From Flavobacteriales bacterium (lineage in GTDB: Bacteria; Bacteroidota; Bacteroidia; Flavobacteriales; BACL11), in the NCBI GenBank assembly GCA_014381465.1, contig JACNLP010000042.1, positions 64,220 to 128,219 of the forward strand: a stretch of DNA of 64,000 bases. Reading direction: 5' to 3'. Position numbers and translations under genes: made by a program. The notes beneath the pieces were generated by a model. It was not told the DNA's origin, searched no databases, and was given only the letters and a program-made list of their open reading frames with translations. The number at the start of each line of letters is the position of its first letter. Within the stretch, counting starts at the first letter, position 1. This document shows positions 39,102 to 48,931 of this stretch, piece by piece.

Positions 39102-39386
39102 ATGAGTAAATTATCAATAAAAATAAATATTGCAGGTAGGATTTATCCTATGAAAATTGAAAGAGATTCGGAAGAGGGGATAAGAAAATCAGTAAAGGTA
39201 ATTGAGGAAAGATTAAAATTTTACCAGCAAAATTACGCAATAAAGGATAAGCAAGATTTACTAGCTATGTGCCTTATTGAGTTTGCAGCAAAGTACGAAA
39301 CTGTTAAAGATAAAAAAGTGATAGAAGATGATGGCATGGAAGTTCAATTAAAGATGCTTGACTCTCTTTTAGCAGACAATATTTAA
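39102..39386 (+). CDS. zapA: Cell division protein ZapA
   Basis: IKINIAGRIYP...EE.IRK...DKQDLLAM. Confidence 0.88.
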   Translation: MSKLSIKINIAGRIYPMKIERDSEEGIRKSVKVIEERLKFYQQNYAIKDKQDLLAMCLIEFAAKYETVKDKKVIEDDGMEVQLKMLDSLLADNI

Positions 39387-39408
39387 GTTCTTTTACATAA
39401 AATAAATT

Positions 39409-39586
39409 ACCCGCATTAATTAAAACTGTTAAACTCAACAGATAAAATATTGGAGTTTGACTCATTAAGTTCAGAGTAGGCCTCAACCATTATTGGTTTC
39501 TAATTTATTAGAACAGTGGACATTCGATATTTAATGGCAGGCTCCACCCATGCTAAAATGGAGTTTAACAAATAGTTGGTGTGGGT
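39409..39586 (+). ncRNA. ssrS: 6S RNA
   Basis: About 180 nt between zapA and rny, the usual position. Ends pair: ACCCGCATTAATTA..TGTTAAACTC with GAGTTTAACA..TAGTTGGTGTGGGT. Confidence 0.8.
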
Positions 39587-39614
39587 TTTTTATTAATTAA
39601 AACTAAAGAAGAAA

Positions 39615-41150
39615 ATGGAAATAATGATAATAATAGTAATAATTGCTTTTTTGATAGGTGGTGGAATTTCGTATTTTGTGTTTAATAATATGGCACAAAA
39701 CAAAGGAAATGTAATAATAAAAGAGGCAAAAAAAGAAGCAGAACAAATAAAAAAAGAAAAACTTCTGCAAGCCAAAGAAAAGTTTTTGGAGCTAAAATCA
39801 GAGCATGAAAAGGTTATAAATAAAAAGAATTTTGAAATTGCTAAAATTGAAAACAGAGTAAAGGATAAAGAATATTCTTTATCTACAAAGTTAGGAAAAA
39901 CAAATGAAAAAGAGAAAGAATTAGAACAACAAAAAAGCAATCTTTCTCAACAAAAAGATGTCCTACAAAAAAAGCAAGATGAACTTGCTAAATCACACAA
40001 GAAACAAGTTGAGCAACTTGAAGTTATCTCCAAATTATCGGCTGAAGAGGCAAAAGAACAATTGATTGAAGCCCTAAAAGATGAAGCAAAAACAAAGGCA
40101 TTGGAAATTATTCAAGAAACAATTGAAGATGCAAAACTCACTGCTAATCAAGAGGCAAAAAAGATTGTAATCCAGAGTATTCAAAGAACAGCAACCGAAC
40201 AAGCTATAGAGAATGCTGTTTCTGTTTTTAATATTGAAAGTGATGACATAAAGGGGAGAATTATTGGAAGGGAAGGTAGAAATATCCGAGCTATTGAAGC
40301 AGCAACTGGAGTAGATATTGTAGTAGATGATACGCCAGAGGCAATTATTATTTCTTGTTTTGACTCTGTTAGAAGAGAAGTTGCACGATTATCTTTGCAT
40401 AAATTAGTAACTGATGGCAGAATTCATCCTGCAAGAATTGAAGAGGTTGTAAGAAAAACAGAAAAAGAAATAAATCAGGAGATTATTGAAATTGGTAAAA
40501 AAACAACTATTGATTTAGGAATTCATGGGCTTCATCCTGAACTTATTAGAATGGTAGGAAGGATGAGATATCGTTCTTCTTATGGACAAAACCTTCTACA
40601 GCATTCTAGAGAAACTGCTAACCTTTGTGCTACTATGGCAGCTGAATTAGGTCTTAATGTGAAAATGGCAAAAAGGGCTGGGCTTTTGCACGATATTGGT
40701 AAAGTCCCAGAAGATAATGCAGAAACTCCACATGCTTTATTAGGTATGCAATTGGCTGAAAAATATGGAGAAAAACCAGAAGTTTGTAATGCGATAGGCG
40801 CACACCATGATGAGATTGAAATGACATCCTTACTCTCTCCAATTATTCAAGTTTGTGATGCAGTTTCAGGGGCAAGACCTGGAGCTAGAAGGCAGCAACT
40901 AGACTCTTATATAAGCAGAATAAAAGAATTAGAAGAAACAGCATTAGCTTATCCTGGGGTATTAAAATCCTACGCAATTCAAGCAGGAAGAGAGTTAAGA
41001 GTAGTAGTGGAAAGTGAGAAAGTAACGGATGCAGAGGCGACTAAGTTGTCTTTTGAAATTTCAGAGAAAATACAAAATGAAATGACTTATCCAGGGCAAG
41101 TAAAAGTTACTGTTATTAGAGAAACAAGAGCAATTAGTTATGCTAAATAA
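39615..41150 (+). CDS. rny: Ribonuclease Y
   Basis: N-terminal TM, coiled coil, KH domain [18 protein letters not shown]. Confidence 0.96.
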   Translation: MEIMIIIVIIAFLIGGGISYFVFNNMAQNKGNVIIKEAKKEAEQIKKEKLLQAKEKFLELKSEHEKVINKKNFEIAKIENRVKDKEYSLSTKLGKTNEKEKELEQQKSNLSQQKDVLQKKQDELAKSHKKQVEQLEVISKLSAEEAKEQLIEALKDEAKTKALEIIQETIEDAKLTANQEAKKIVIQSIQRTATEQAIENAVSVFNIESDDIKGRIIGREGRNIRAIEAATGVDIVVDDTPEAIIISCFDSVRREVARLSLHKLVTDGRIHPARIEEVVRKTEKEINQEIIEIGKKTTIDLGIHGLHPELIRMVGRMRYRSSYGQNLLQHSRETANLCATMAAELGLNVKMAKRAGLLHDIGKVPEDNAETPHALLGMQLAEKYGEKPEVCNAIGAHHDEIEMTSLLSPIIQVCDAVSGARPGARRQQLDSYISRIKELEETALAYPGVLKSYAIQAGRELRVVVESEKVTDAEATKLSFEISEKIQNEMTYPGQVKVTVIRETRAISYAK

Positions 41151-41159
41151 ATACTAGTT

Positions 41160-42020
41160 TTATAGCATTTCAAGTACACTAACTATCAATCTATCCACCG
41201 TTTGCTTATAGTTTTTACTGTGTTGTTTGGTAATTCTATTTCCAATTATTGCACAAATAGTAAGGGTATTGTGTCCAAGAGTTTTTCCTAAAAAATAAAG
41301 GGCTGAAGTTTCCATTTCGAAATTAGTTATCCTATTTTCCTCAAAATTAAAAGTATTCATTTTTTGATGTAAATCCTCAATAGCCGGCTTTATCCTTAAC
41401 TCTCTGCCTTGTGGGGCATAAAAACCTGGAGCAGTAGCAGTAATTCCACTATTAAAGCTAGAAAATTGTTCTAACAATTTGTTACTTGCACTAACTATAT
41501 ATGGATTTGCTAAATTCTTGGGCCAATTACTGTGTGCGGAAAATGCACTGCTCATTTTTTCATCTATAATATTCTCTGATTTGTAGAAATGGGCAAGTCC
41601 ATCAAAGCCAAGCCCATGAGTTGCCATTAAAAAACTATCCACTTCCACATCTTTTTGCAAAGCCCCAGAAGTTCCCAATCGAATAATGTTTAGTGATTTT
41701 TTTTCAGGATTTATTGTTCTTGTGTCAAAATCTATATTTACTATAGCATCTAATTCGTTTAGAACAATATCAATATTATCTGTTCCTATTCCTGTAGAAA
41801 GTGCTGAAATTCTTTTACCATTGTACTCTCCAGTATGAGTTACGAATTCTCTGTTCTCAATTTTATGATCTATTGTATCAAAATGTTTTGATATTTGCTG
41901 AACTCTTGATTGATCTCCAACAATTAAAATGTCATTAGCAATCTCATTTTTAGATAAGTTAAGGTGATATATATTTTTTTCAGGATTAAGTATTAATTCT
42001 GTATCTTTAATGACTTTCAT
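41160..42020 (-). CDS. Nucleoside (uridine) phosphorylase
   Basis: YHL, REF, TGIGTDNIDI, RLGTSG, GFYAPQGR, NFEMETS. Confidence 0.88.
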   Translation of the reverse strand: MKVIKDTELILNPEKNIYHLNLSKNEIANDILIVGDQSRVQQISKHFDTIDHKIENREFVTHTGEYNGKRISALSTGIGTDNIDIVLNELDAIVNIDFDTRTINPEKKSLNIIRLGTSGALQKDVEVDSFLMATHGLGFDGLAHFYKSENIIDEKMSSAFSAHSNWPKNLANPYIVSASNKLLEQFSSFNSGITATAPGFYAPQGRELRIKPAIEDLHQKMNTFNFEENRITNFEMETSALYFLGKTLGHNTLTICAIIGNRITKQHSKNYKQTVDRLIVSVLEML

Positions 42021-42060
42021 AAATAATGTATTAGATTTGCAAAATCAAAAATAACAAATT

Positions 42061-42939
42061 ATGTCAATAGTAACTAGTAAAATTTTAATTCCTACAGGTT
42101 TTTCTGATCAATCAATGATTGCTCTTGGGCAAGCCTTTAATTTGGCGAAAATTAAGAAATCGGAGATTATTCTACTTTCGGTAATTGAAGATCAAAATAT
42201 GATTGAGTCCCTATTTTTAGATGATAAAACCCATGAGTTACAGCAAAAGGTAAATGATAAATTGGTTGAGGTAGGTAAAGAGTATGCCGAAAAATATGGT
42301 GTTCATGTAGAAACTATGGTTGCTAAGGGGAGAGTTTATGAAAAAATAATTGATGTTGCTGAAATGGTAAACGCTAACTTAATTGTAATGGGAACTAATG
42401 GAACGCCAAAAGGAGTTATAAAAAAAGTGATTGGTTCGAATGCCGAAAGGGTTGTTCGCTTAGCTCATTGCCCTGTTATTACTATTAAGGGTAAAGACCA
42501 TAAAGACGGTTGTGAGAATATTATTTTACCACTTGATTTAGAAAAACAAACTAAAGAAAAAGTTACAATTGCTATTGAATATGCTCGATATTGGAATTCT
42601 GCTATTAGAATAGTTTCGGTTTTATTAAGAGACAATAATGATGTAAAGCAACATCTTCTTAGAAATTTAAAACAAGTAGAAGGATTTATCAATAATGCGG
42701 GATTAAGGTGTAGTGCAGAACTCCTAGAAGGAGAGAAAAATAAAAGCTTGGCGCAATCTATTTTAGATTATGAGAAAAAATTTGAATCAGATTTAATCCT
42801 GATAATGACAAGGCAAGAAGATGTGTTTTCTAATAAATTAGGAACTGCCGCTAGAGAAATTATTTATCAATCCGAAATTCCAGTAATGAGCATCAAACCA
42901 CACGAAAGAGAAAATACGCCTTCCCCTTTTACATATTAA
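42061..42939 (+). CDS. Universal stress protein (tandem USP domains)
   Basis: KILIPTGFS, LIVMGTNG, GSNAERVVR..CPV. Confidence 0.9.
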   Translation: MSIVTSKILIPTGFSDQSMIALGQAFNLAKIKKSEIILLSVIEDQNMIESLFLDDKTHELQQKVNDKLVEVGKEYAEKYGVHVETMVAKGRVYEKIIDVAEMVNANLIVMGTNGTPKGVIKKVIGSNAERVVRLAHCPVITIKGKDHKDGCENIILPLDLEKQTKEKVTIAIEYARYWNSAIRIVSVLLRDNNDVKQHLLRNLKQVEGFINNAGLRCSAELLEGEKNKSLAQSILDYEKKFESDLILIMTRQEDVFSNKLGTAAREIIYQSEIPVMSIKPHERENTPSPFTY

Positions 42940-42954
42940 GGAAAATAGTTTTTG

Positions 42955-43435
42955 ATGTTTTTCTCTGAAGAAAGTAAACGGTTTGCTATAAAAAATAGGT
43001 CAGATATTAAGGGATAAAAAAATGACGATTTCTACAGCTGAAAGTTGCACTTCTGGAAGTTTAGCCACAATTTTAACTTCTTTTCCTGGTAGCTCTGATT
43101 ATTTTGAGGGAGGAATTATTGCCTATTCTAATAAAGTAAAAATAAATCAACTTGGGGTATCAGTTGATGATATTCAAAAGTATTCTGCTGTATGTGAAAA
43201 AGTAGCAAAGCAAATGGCTGAAGGAGTAAGGGCTAATCTAAAAACAGATTATGCAATTGCCACAACAGGTTATGCTGGACCAAAAGGAGAAAGAGTTGGG
43301 CAAGTTTTTGTTGCATTAGCAAGCTCTAAAAAAACCATTATAAAAGAATACTTCTTTAAAGGAAATAGGAAGGAAATAATTTATAAAGCAGTCTGTGAAA
43401 CTTTAGCTATCTTACTTAGAGAAATAAAAAACTAA
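42955..43435 (+). CDS. CinA C-terminal/PncC NMN deamidase; 5' end apparently frameshifted (intact ORF from 43022)
   Basis: TAESCTSG, SAV, ATTGYAGP. Upstream KIGQILRDKK is in frame but separated from ATG 42955 by one extra A. Confidence 0.8.
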
Positions 43436-43464
43436 AAAATACACTTAATAAAAAGAAAACTAAT

Positions 43465-43472
43465 TATATTTG
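43465..43472 (+). promoter_or_regulatory. -7 promoter element of rpmB
   Basis: TATATTTG followed by CAGCCC. Confidence 0.7.
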
Positions 43473-43493
43473 CAGCCCAAAAATAAAGAGAAA

Positions 43494-43733
43494 ATGTCAA
43501 GAATTTGTCAAATAACAGGAAAGAAAGTGATGGTGGGAAACAATGTTTCTCATGCCAAAAACAGAACAAAAAGAAAGTTCTATCCTAATCTTCAAACAAA
43601 GAAATTTTATATTCCAGAAGAAGATAAATGGATTACACTTAAGGTTTCAGCAAATGCTATTAGAACTATTAATAAAAATGGAATTTCTGCTGTTTTGGCT
43701 GATGCTAAAGCAAACGGAAATACATTAATTTAA
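43494..43733 (+). CDS. rpmB: 50S ribosomal protein L28
   Basis: [31 protein letters not shown]. Confidence 0.97.
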   Translation: MSRICQITGKKVMVGNNVSHAKNRTKRKFYPNLQTKKFYIPEEDKWITLKVSANAIRTINKNGISAVLADAKANGNTLI

Positions 43734-43752
43734 TTCCTAATGATTAGTTTTT

Positions 43753-43785
43753 AAAAAGTTGCTATCTTTGATGGCAACTTTTTTT
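43753..43785 (+). terminator. Intrinsic terminator after rpmB
   Basis: AAAAAGTTGCTATC-TTT-GATGGCAACTTTTTTT hairpin with U tract. Confidence 0.8.
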
Positions 43786-43810
43786 GTTTTATAACTTAAA
43801 ATTAATCACA

Positions 43811-44359
43811 ATGAAAAATTTATTTAAAATATCAGCTGTTTTATTGTTGGCTGTATTATTTACTGTTTCTTCTTGTAAAAAAGATGAGCAAATTATTGAA
43901 GGATGTACGGATAGTTCGGCAATGAACTATCAGTCTTTAGCAACAAGCAATAACGGAAGTTGTGAGTTTGCTTATGAAATTGCACAAGGAGATTGGGGAA
44001 TAAATTCTCAGTGCGATTCAGTATCTATTAGTATCCCTTTGCTTGGAGATTTTGAGATTCCTATGGCAGATATGTTTCCTGATAGCGTGGTGATTGGTGG
44101 GGAGGGTAATCAGAAAGTTTCTATTGATATAAATGGCAGTAAAATATTTGCTGATATTGATTATAATGGAATTATTACTGTTGAAAAGCAAACAATATCA
44201 ATGGAATTGGAAGAGCTTGGAGGTACCCAATTAGATGTTGAGGTTTCTGGAAATGGAATTATAGAATCGGCTACAAAAGGAAATTTAGATTTACACTTAT
44301 CATTTTCGGTTTTATCCATTCCGGCTGATTCCAATTGTGAAATAGTTTTTAGTCGATAA
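43811..44359 (+). CDS. Hypothetical lipoprotein with one GCTD motif
   Basis: Lipobox VSSC followed by KKDE; GCTDSSAMNY...NGSC. Confidence 0.75.
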   Translation: MKNLFKISAVLLLAVLFTVSSCKKDEQIIEGCTDSSAMNYQSLATSNNGSCEFAYEIAQGDWGINSQCDSVSISIPLLGDFEIPMADMFPDSVVIGGEGNQKVSIDINGSKIFADIDYNGIITVEKQTISMELEELGGTQLDVEVSGNGIIESATKGNLDLHLSFSVLSIPADSNCEIVFSR

Positions 44360-44378
44360 TTAAATAAAAAATAATTTT

Positions 44379-44403
44379 AACCCAATTTATATTGGGTTTT
44401 TTT
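44379..44403 (+). terminator. Intrinsic terminator-like hairpin
   Basis: AACCCAAT-TTAT-ATTGGGTT followed by T run. Confidence 0.6.
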
Positions 44404-46053
44404 ATGAAAAAAATAATCAGTATATTGATGATGTTTTTTGTGTTTTCAATTCAAGCACAAGAATTTAGTAGAAAGGATTCATTAAGAGGAAATTTAACGC
44501 CAGTCCGCACATGTTATGATGTTACATTTTATAATTTGTTTTTGATTATTGATATTCCAGAAAAATCCATTGAAAAATCATATAATGAAATACATTTTAC
44601 AGCTACTGAAAGCTTTGAAACTTTTCAAATTGATTTGGCGAATAATTTGGATGTAATGAAGATAGAATTTGAGGATGGAGAACTGAAATTTAAAAGAGAA
44701 TTTGATGCGGTTTTTGTTTACTTTCCAAGAATTATAAACAAGCAAGAACAAACAAAAATAAAAGTTTGGTATGCTGGCTATCCAAGAGAGGCGGTTAACG
44801 CTCCTTGGGATGGCGGTTTTTCTTGGGAAAAAGATAAAAATGGAAAGGATTGGATTGGGGTTTCTTGTCAAGGATTGGGCTCTAGCACATGGTGGCCTTG
44901 TAAAGACCATCAATCAGATGAACCAGATAGTATGCGAATTACTTGCTGTGCAAAATATCCGAACAAAATAATAGCTAATGGTAATTTAAGAAAGGATACC
45001 GCTATCTGGAGTAATTATCTAGAGTGTTGGCTTAACCAAAGTGAATGGTTTGTTTCTTATCCAATCAATAATTATAATGTTACGCTCAATATTGGTGATT
45101 ACACTCATTTTTCTGATGAGTATGTTTCAGATAAAGATACTCTACAATTGGATTATTATGTTTTAAGTGGAAATGAAGAAAAAGCAAAAGAGCATTTTAA
45201 ACAAGTAAAACCAATGATGAGTTGTTTTGAAAATTATTTTGGAAAATATCCTTTTTGGAATGATGGTTATGCACTTGTTGAAACACCTTATTTAGGCATG
45301 GAGCATCAATCAGCTATTGCTTATGGAAATGATTATTTACCAGGATATCATGGTAGTACTTCATTTATTGATGGTCTTACTTTTGATTTTATTATTGTGC
45401 ATGAAAGTGGGCATGAATGGTGGGGGAATTCAATTACTACAAATGATATTGCTGATATGTGGGTTCATGAAGGATTTTGTACTTACTCAGAAGTGTTGTA
45501 TGTGGAGTGTATGTATGGTTATGATGCTATGTTAAGTTATGTGAATAATCAGAAACGATCTGTAAGAAATGACAAGCCAGTTGTTGGGCATTATCATGTG
45601 AATCATGAGGGGAGTAGTGATATGTATAATAAAGGGTCGTTAATGTTGCATACACTTAGAAGTTTAATTGATGATGATAAATTATGGTTTGAGATTATTA
45701 TGGGAATCTCTAATGATTTTAAGTATCAAACAATAGATGGGCAAGATATTATTGATTATATCAATGAAAAAAGTGGAAAGGACTTTAAAGTTTTCTTTAA
45801 TCAATATTTGGAAAATAAAGAAATTCCTGAATTTCAATACAAATTAATAAAAAACGGAAGAGATATAACTTTGATGTATAGATGGGATGCAATTGCTAAA
45901 TTTGATATGCCGATACTGATTAATACTGGATTAGAAGATTTTTGGATTTATCCAAATAACAATTGGAAAGAGAGAAATTTGGGTAAATTTGATATGTACG
46001 ATTTTAGAGTTGTAGCTGAGCTGTTTTATATAAATATTAAAAAGATAAAATAA
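44404..46053 (+). CDS. M1 family metalloaminopeptidase
   Basis: GMEHQ, HESGHEWWGN...E, YNKG. Confidence 0.92.
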   Translation: MKKIISILMMFFVFSIQAQEFSRKDSLRGNLTPVRTCYDVTFYNLFLIIDIPEKSIEKSYNEIHFTATESFETFQIDLANNLDVMKIEFEDGELKFKREFDAVFVYFPRIINKQEQTKIKVWYAGYPREAVNAPWDGGFSWEKDKNGKDWIGVSCQGLGSSTWWPCKDHQSDEPDSMRITCCAKYPNKIIANGNLRKDTAIWSNYLECWLNQSEWFVSYPINNYNVTLNIGDYTHFSDEYVSDKDTLQLDYYVLSGNEEKAKEHFKQVKPMMSCFENYFGKYPFWNDGYALVETPYLGMEHQSAIAYGNDYLPGYHGSTSFIDGLTFDFIIVHESGHEWWGNSITTNDIADMWVHEGFCTYSEVLYVECMYGYDAMLSYVNNQKRSVRNDKPVVGHYHVNHEGSSDMYNKGSLMLHTLRSLIDDDKLWFEIIMGISNDFKYQTIDGQDIIDYINEKSGKDFKVFFNQYLENKEIPEFQYKLIKNGRDITLMYRWDAIAKFDMPILINTGLEDFWIYPNNNWKERNLGKFDMYDFRVVAELFYINIKKIK

Positions 46054-46077
46054 TATTTGTATTTTATTTATTTTGAT

Positions 46078-46085
46078 TAAATTTG
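46078..46085 (+). promoter_or_regulatory. -7 promoter element of rpmG
   Basis: TAAATTTG followed by CAGCCC; TTTG at 46056 as possible -33 element. Confidence 0.7.
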
Positions 46086-46107
46086 CAGCCCAATAAATTA
46101 TAAGAAA

Positions 46108-46290
46108 ATGGCAAAGAAAGGAAATAGAGTTCAAGTTATTTTAGAATGTACTGAGCATAAGGCAAGCGGATTGTCAGGGACTTCTCGATACATTACAACT
46201 AAGAATAAAAAGAATACACCAGATAGAATGGAATTGAAGAAATTCAACCCTATCATGAGAAAAATGACTGTTCATAAAGAAATAAAATAA
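46108..46290 (+). CDS. rpmG: 50S ribosomal protein L33
   Basis: [17 protein letters not shown]...[21 protein letters not shown]. Confidence 0.97.
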   Translation: MAKKGNRVQVILECTEHKASGLSGTSRYITTKNKKNTPDRMELKKFNPIMRKMTVHKEIK

Positions 46291-46296
46291 AAGAAA

Positions 46297-46449
46297 ATGG
46301 CAAAGAAAACAGTAGCGTCACTGCAAAAAAAAGGAGCAAAAGCTTTTACAAAAGCTATAAAAATGGTAAAAAATGAAAAGGGTTCGTATTCATTCAAATC
46401 TGAAATTTTACCAAAAGACAAGGTAAACGATTTTTTAGCTAAAAAATAA
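46297..46449 (+). CDS. DUF4295 small basic protein (absent from ORF track)
   Basis: MAKKTVASLQKKGAKAFTKAIKMVKNEKGSYSFKSEILPKDKVNDFLAKK*, in the usual rpmG-ftsY position. Confidence 0.88.
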   Translation: MAKKTVASLQKKGAKAFTKAIKMVKNEKGSYSFKSEILPKDKVNDFLAKK

Positions 46450-46469
46450 ATTTATTTTAGGTTAAGTTT

Positions 46470-46502
46470 AAAGCTTCTTTCTATTTTTGAAAGGAGCTTT
46501 TT
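46470..46502 (+). terminator. Intrinsic terminator
   Basis: AAAGCTTCTTTC-TATTTTT-GAAAGGAGCTTTTT. Confidence 0.7.
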
Positions 46503-46524
46503 CTATTTATTAAAGCATATAATT

Positions 46525-47457
46525 ATGGGTATATTCGGTTTTTTTTCAAAAGATAAAAAAGAGAAACTTGATAAGGGTTTAGAAAAAACAAAGGAGAATG
46601 TTTTTGGTAAATTATCACGAGCAGTTGCGGGTAAATCAACTATTGATGAACTAGCGCTTGATGATATTGAGGAAGCATTAATTACCTCAGATATTGGAGT
46701 AGAAACTACTCTTAAGATTATTGAGAAATTAGAAGAAAGAGTAGCTAAGGATAAATACATAAATACTTCTGAATTAAATAGTTTTTTGAAAACTGAGATT
46801 TCATTATTAATGAAAGATAGTTATGATGAAATCCCAAAGGTAGATGGGCCTTATGTAATTATGGTAGTTGGTGTGAATGGTGTAGGAAAAACTACAACTA
46901 TTGGAAAGTTAGCTCATCAGTTTAAACAACAAGGTAAAAAAGTAGTATTAGGTGCAGCTGATACTTTTCGTGCAGCAGCAGTGGATCAGTTAGTAATTTG
47001 GGCTGATAGAGTAGAAGTTGAAATTGTAAAACAAGATATGGGTTCTGATCCAGCATCAGTTTGTTTTGATACTTTGCAGTCCGCCAAAGCAAGTGGTGCT
47101 GATGTAGTGATTATTGATACAGCAGGAAGGTTGCACAATAAAATCAATTTGATGAACGAATTGACTAAGATAAAGAATGTAATGAAAAAAGTAATCCCTG
47201 AAGCTCCACATGATGTAATGTTGGTGTTAGATGCATCAACAGGTCAAAATGCTATTGAACAGGCAGCTCAGTTTACTAAAGCAACAAAAGTAAATTCTTT
47301 GGCGCTTACCAAATTAGATGGTACTGCAAAAGGAGGGGTAGTTATTGGTATTTCTGATCAGTTTCAAATTCCTGTAAGGTATATTGGCGTAGGAGAAGGA
47401 ATGGAAGATTTACAAGTGTTTAATAAAAATGAGTTTGTGGACTCACTATTTAACTAA
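46525..47457 (+). CDS. ftsY: SRP receptor FtsY
   Basis: GVNGVGKTTT, DTFRAAA, DTAGR, TKLDGTAKGG. Confidence 0.97.
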   Translation: MGIFGFFSKDKKEKLDKGLEKTKENVFGKLSRAVAGKSTIDELALDDIEEALITSDIGVETTLKIIEKLEERVAKDKYINTSELNSFLKTEISLLMKDSYDEIPKVDGPYVIMVVGVNGVGKTTTIGKLAHQFKQQGKKVVLGAADTFRAAAVDQLVIWADRVEVEIVKQDMGSDPASVCFDTLQSAKASGADVVIIDTAGRLHNKINLMNELTKIKNVMKKVIPEAPHDVMLVLDASTGQNAIEQAAQFTKATKVNSLALTKLDGTAKGGVVIGISDQFQIPVRYIGVGEGMEDLQVFNKNEFVDSLFN

Positions 47458-47513
47458 ACAGAAGTTAGACCGCTACGCTTTTAGATAATAGATATGATAA
47501 AAAGAAAAAATGC

Positions 47514-47547
47514 TGTCATCCTGAATGTAATGAAGGATCTCGTTTTT
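47514..47547 (+). repeat. Solo TGTC-tagged palindromic repeat
   Basis: TGTCATCCTGAATGTAATGAAGGATCTCGTTTTT, one mismatch over 34 nt to the copy at 13731. Confidence 0.9.
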
Positions 47548-47617
47548 GAACATTTTTACAATTTAATGATTAAATAATCTATTGAGTTTTTATTCTTTCT
47601 CCTGATTCCTTTAAAAT

Positions 47618-48931
47618 ATGAGAACAAAATCAACAAAGAAAAATAAGATTAATGTCATCACATTGGGCTGCTCCAAAAATGTGTATGATTCAGAAGTGTT
47701 GATGGGGCAATTGACTGCAAATAAAATGGAGGTTGAGCATGAATCTGAAAAAGAGGATGCTAATATTGTTGTGATTAATACTTGTGGTTTTATTGATAAC
47801 GCAAAGGAAGAGTCCGTCAATACAATACTAGAACAAGCAGAGCGGAAAGAGGCAGGAATGATTGATAAACTCTATGTTACGGGTTGTCTATCAGAAAGAT
47901 ATAAGCCAGATTTAGAAAGAGATATTCCAAATGTTGATCAGTATTTTGGAACTACTGATTTGCCCAAATTATTAAAGGTTTTAGGTGCTGATTATAAGCA
48001 TGAGTTATTAGGAGAAAGGTTAACTACAACTCCTAAACACTATGCCTATTTAAAAATTGCTGATGGCTGTGATAGACCTTGTTCTTTTTGTGCAATTCCT
48101 CTTATGAGAGGGAAACATAAATCTACTCCTATTGAACAATTAGTAATTGAGGCTAAAAACTTAGCTAAAAATGGCGTTAAAGAATTAATTCTTATTGCTC
48201 AGGATTTAACTTTTTATGGTTTAGATATTTATAAAAAGAGAAGGCTAGCTGATTTGCTTATTAAGCTTTCTAAGGTTGAAGGAATAGAATGGATTCGTTT
48301 GCATTATGCTTTTCCAACAGGATTTCCGCAAGATGTATTGGATGTGATTAGAGATAATGATAAGGTGTGTAATTATATTGATATTCCTTTGCAGCATATT
48401 AATGATGAGATTTTAAAATCCATGAAAAGAGGAACTTCTCATCAGAAGACTAATGACTTGTTAAAAGCGTTTAGAGAAAAAGTGCCAAATATGGCAATTC
48501 GTACTTCTTTAATTGTGGGGTATCCTGGTGAAACTCAGGAGAGGTTTCAGGAACTAAAACAATGGGTGCAGGATACAAAGTTTGATAGACTAGGAGTATT
48601 TACTTATTCGCATGAAGAAAATACTTCTGCTCATGTTTTGGAGGATGATGTTTCTGATGAAATTAAAAAAGCAAGGCAAGAAGAAATTATGGACTTGCAA
48701 ACTCATATTTCTTGGGAATTGAATCAAAAGAAAATAGGAAAGACTTTTAAAGTATTGTTCGACCGTAAAGAAGGGGATTATTTTATTGGGCGTACTGAAT
48801 TTGACAGTCCTGATGTGGATAATGAAGTATTAATAAAAGCAACTGATACTTATATAAGAATGGGTGATTTTGCTAATGTGAAAATTGAAAAAACCGACCA
48901 TTTTGATTTGTATGGAGTAGTTGTTTCCTAA
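47618..48931 (+). CDS. rimO: Ribosomal protein S12 methylthiotransferase
   Basis: TLGCSKN, NTCGFI, CDRPCSFC, C-terminal TRAM domain. Confidence 0.95.
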   Translation: MRTKSTKKNKINVITLGCSKNVYDSEVLMGQLTANKMEVEHESEKEDANIVVINTCGFIDNAKEESVNTILEQAERKEAGMIDKLYVTGCLSERYKPDLERDIPNVDQYFGTTDLPKLLKVLGADYKHELLGERLTTTPKHYAYLKIADGCDRPCSFCAIPLMRGKHKSTPIEQLVIEAKNLAKNGVKELILIAQDLTFYGLDIYKKRRLADLLIKLSKVEGIEWIRLHYAFPTGFPQDVLDVIRDNDKVCNYIDIPLQHINDEILKSMKRGTSHQKTNDLLKAFREKVPNMAIRTSLIVGYPGETQERFQELKQWVQDTKFDRLGVFTYSHEENTSAHVLEDDVSDEIKKARQEEIMDLQTHISWELNQKKIGKTFKVLFDRKEGDYFIGRTEFDSPDVDNEVLIKATDTYIRMGDFANVKIEKTDHFDLYGVVVS

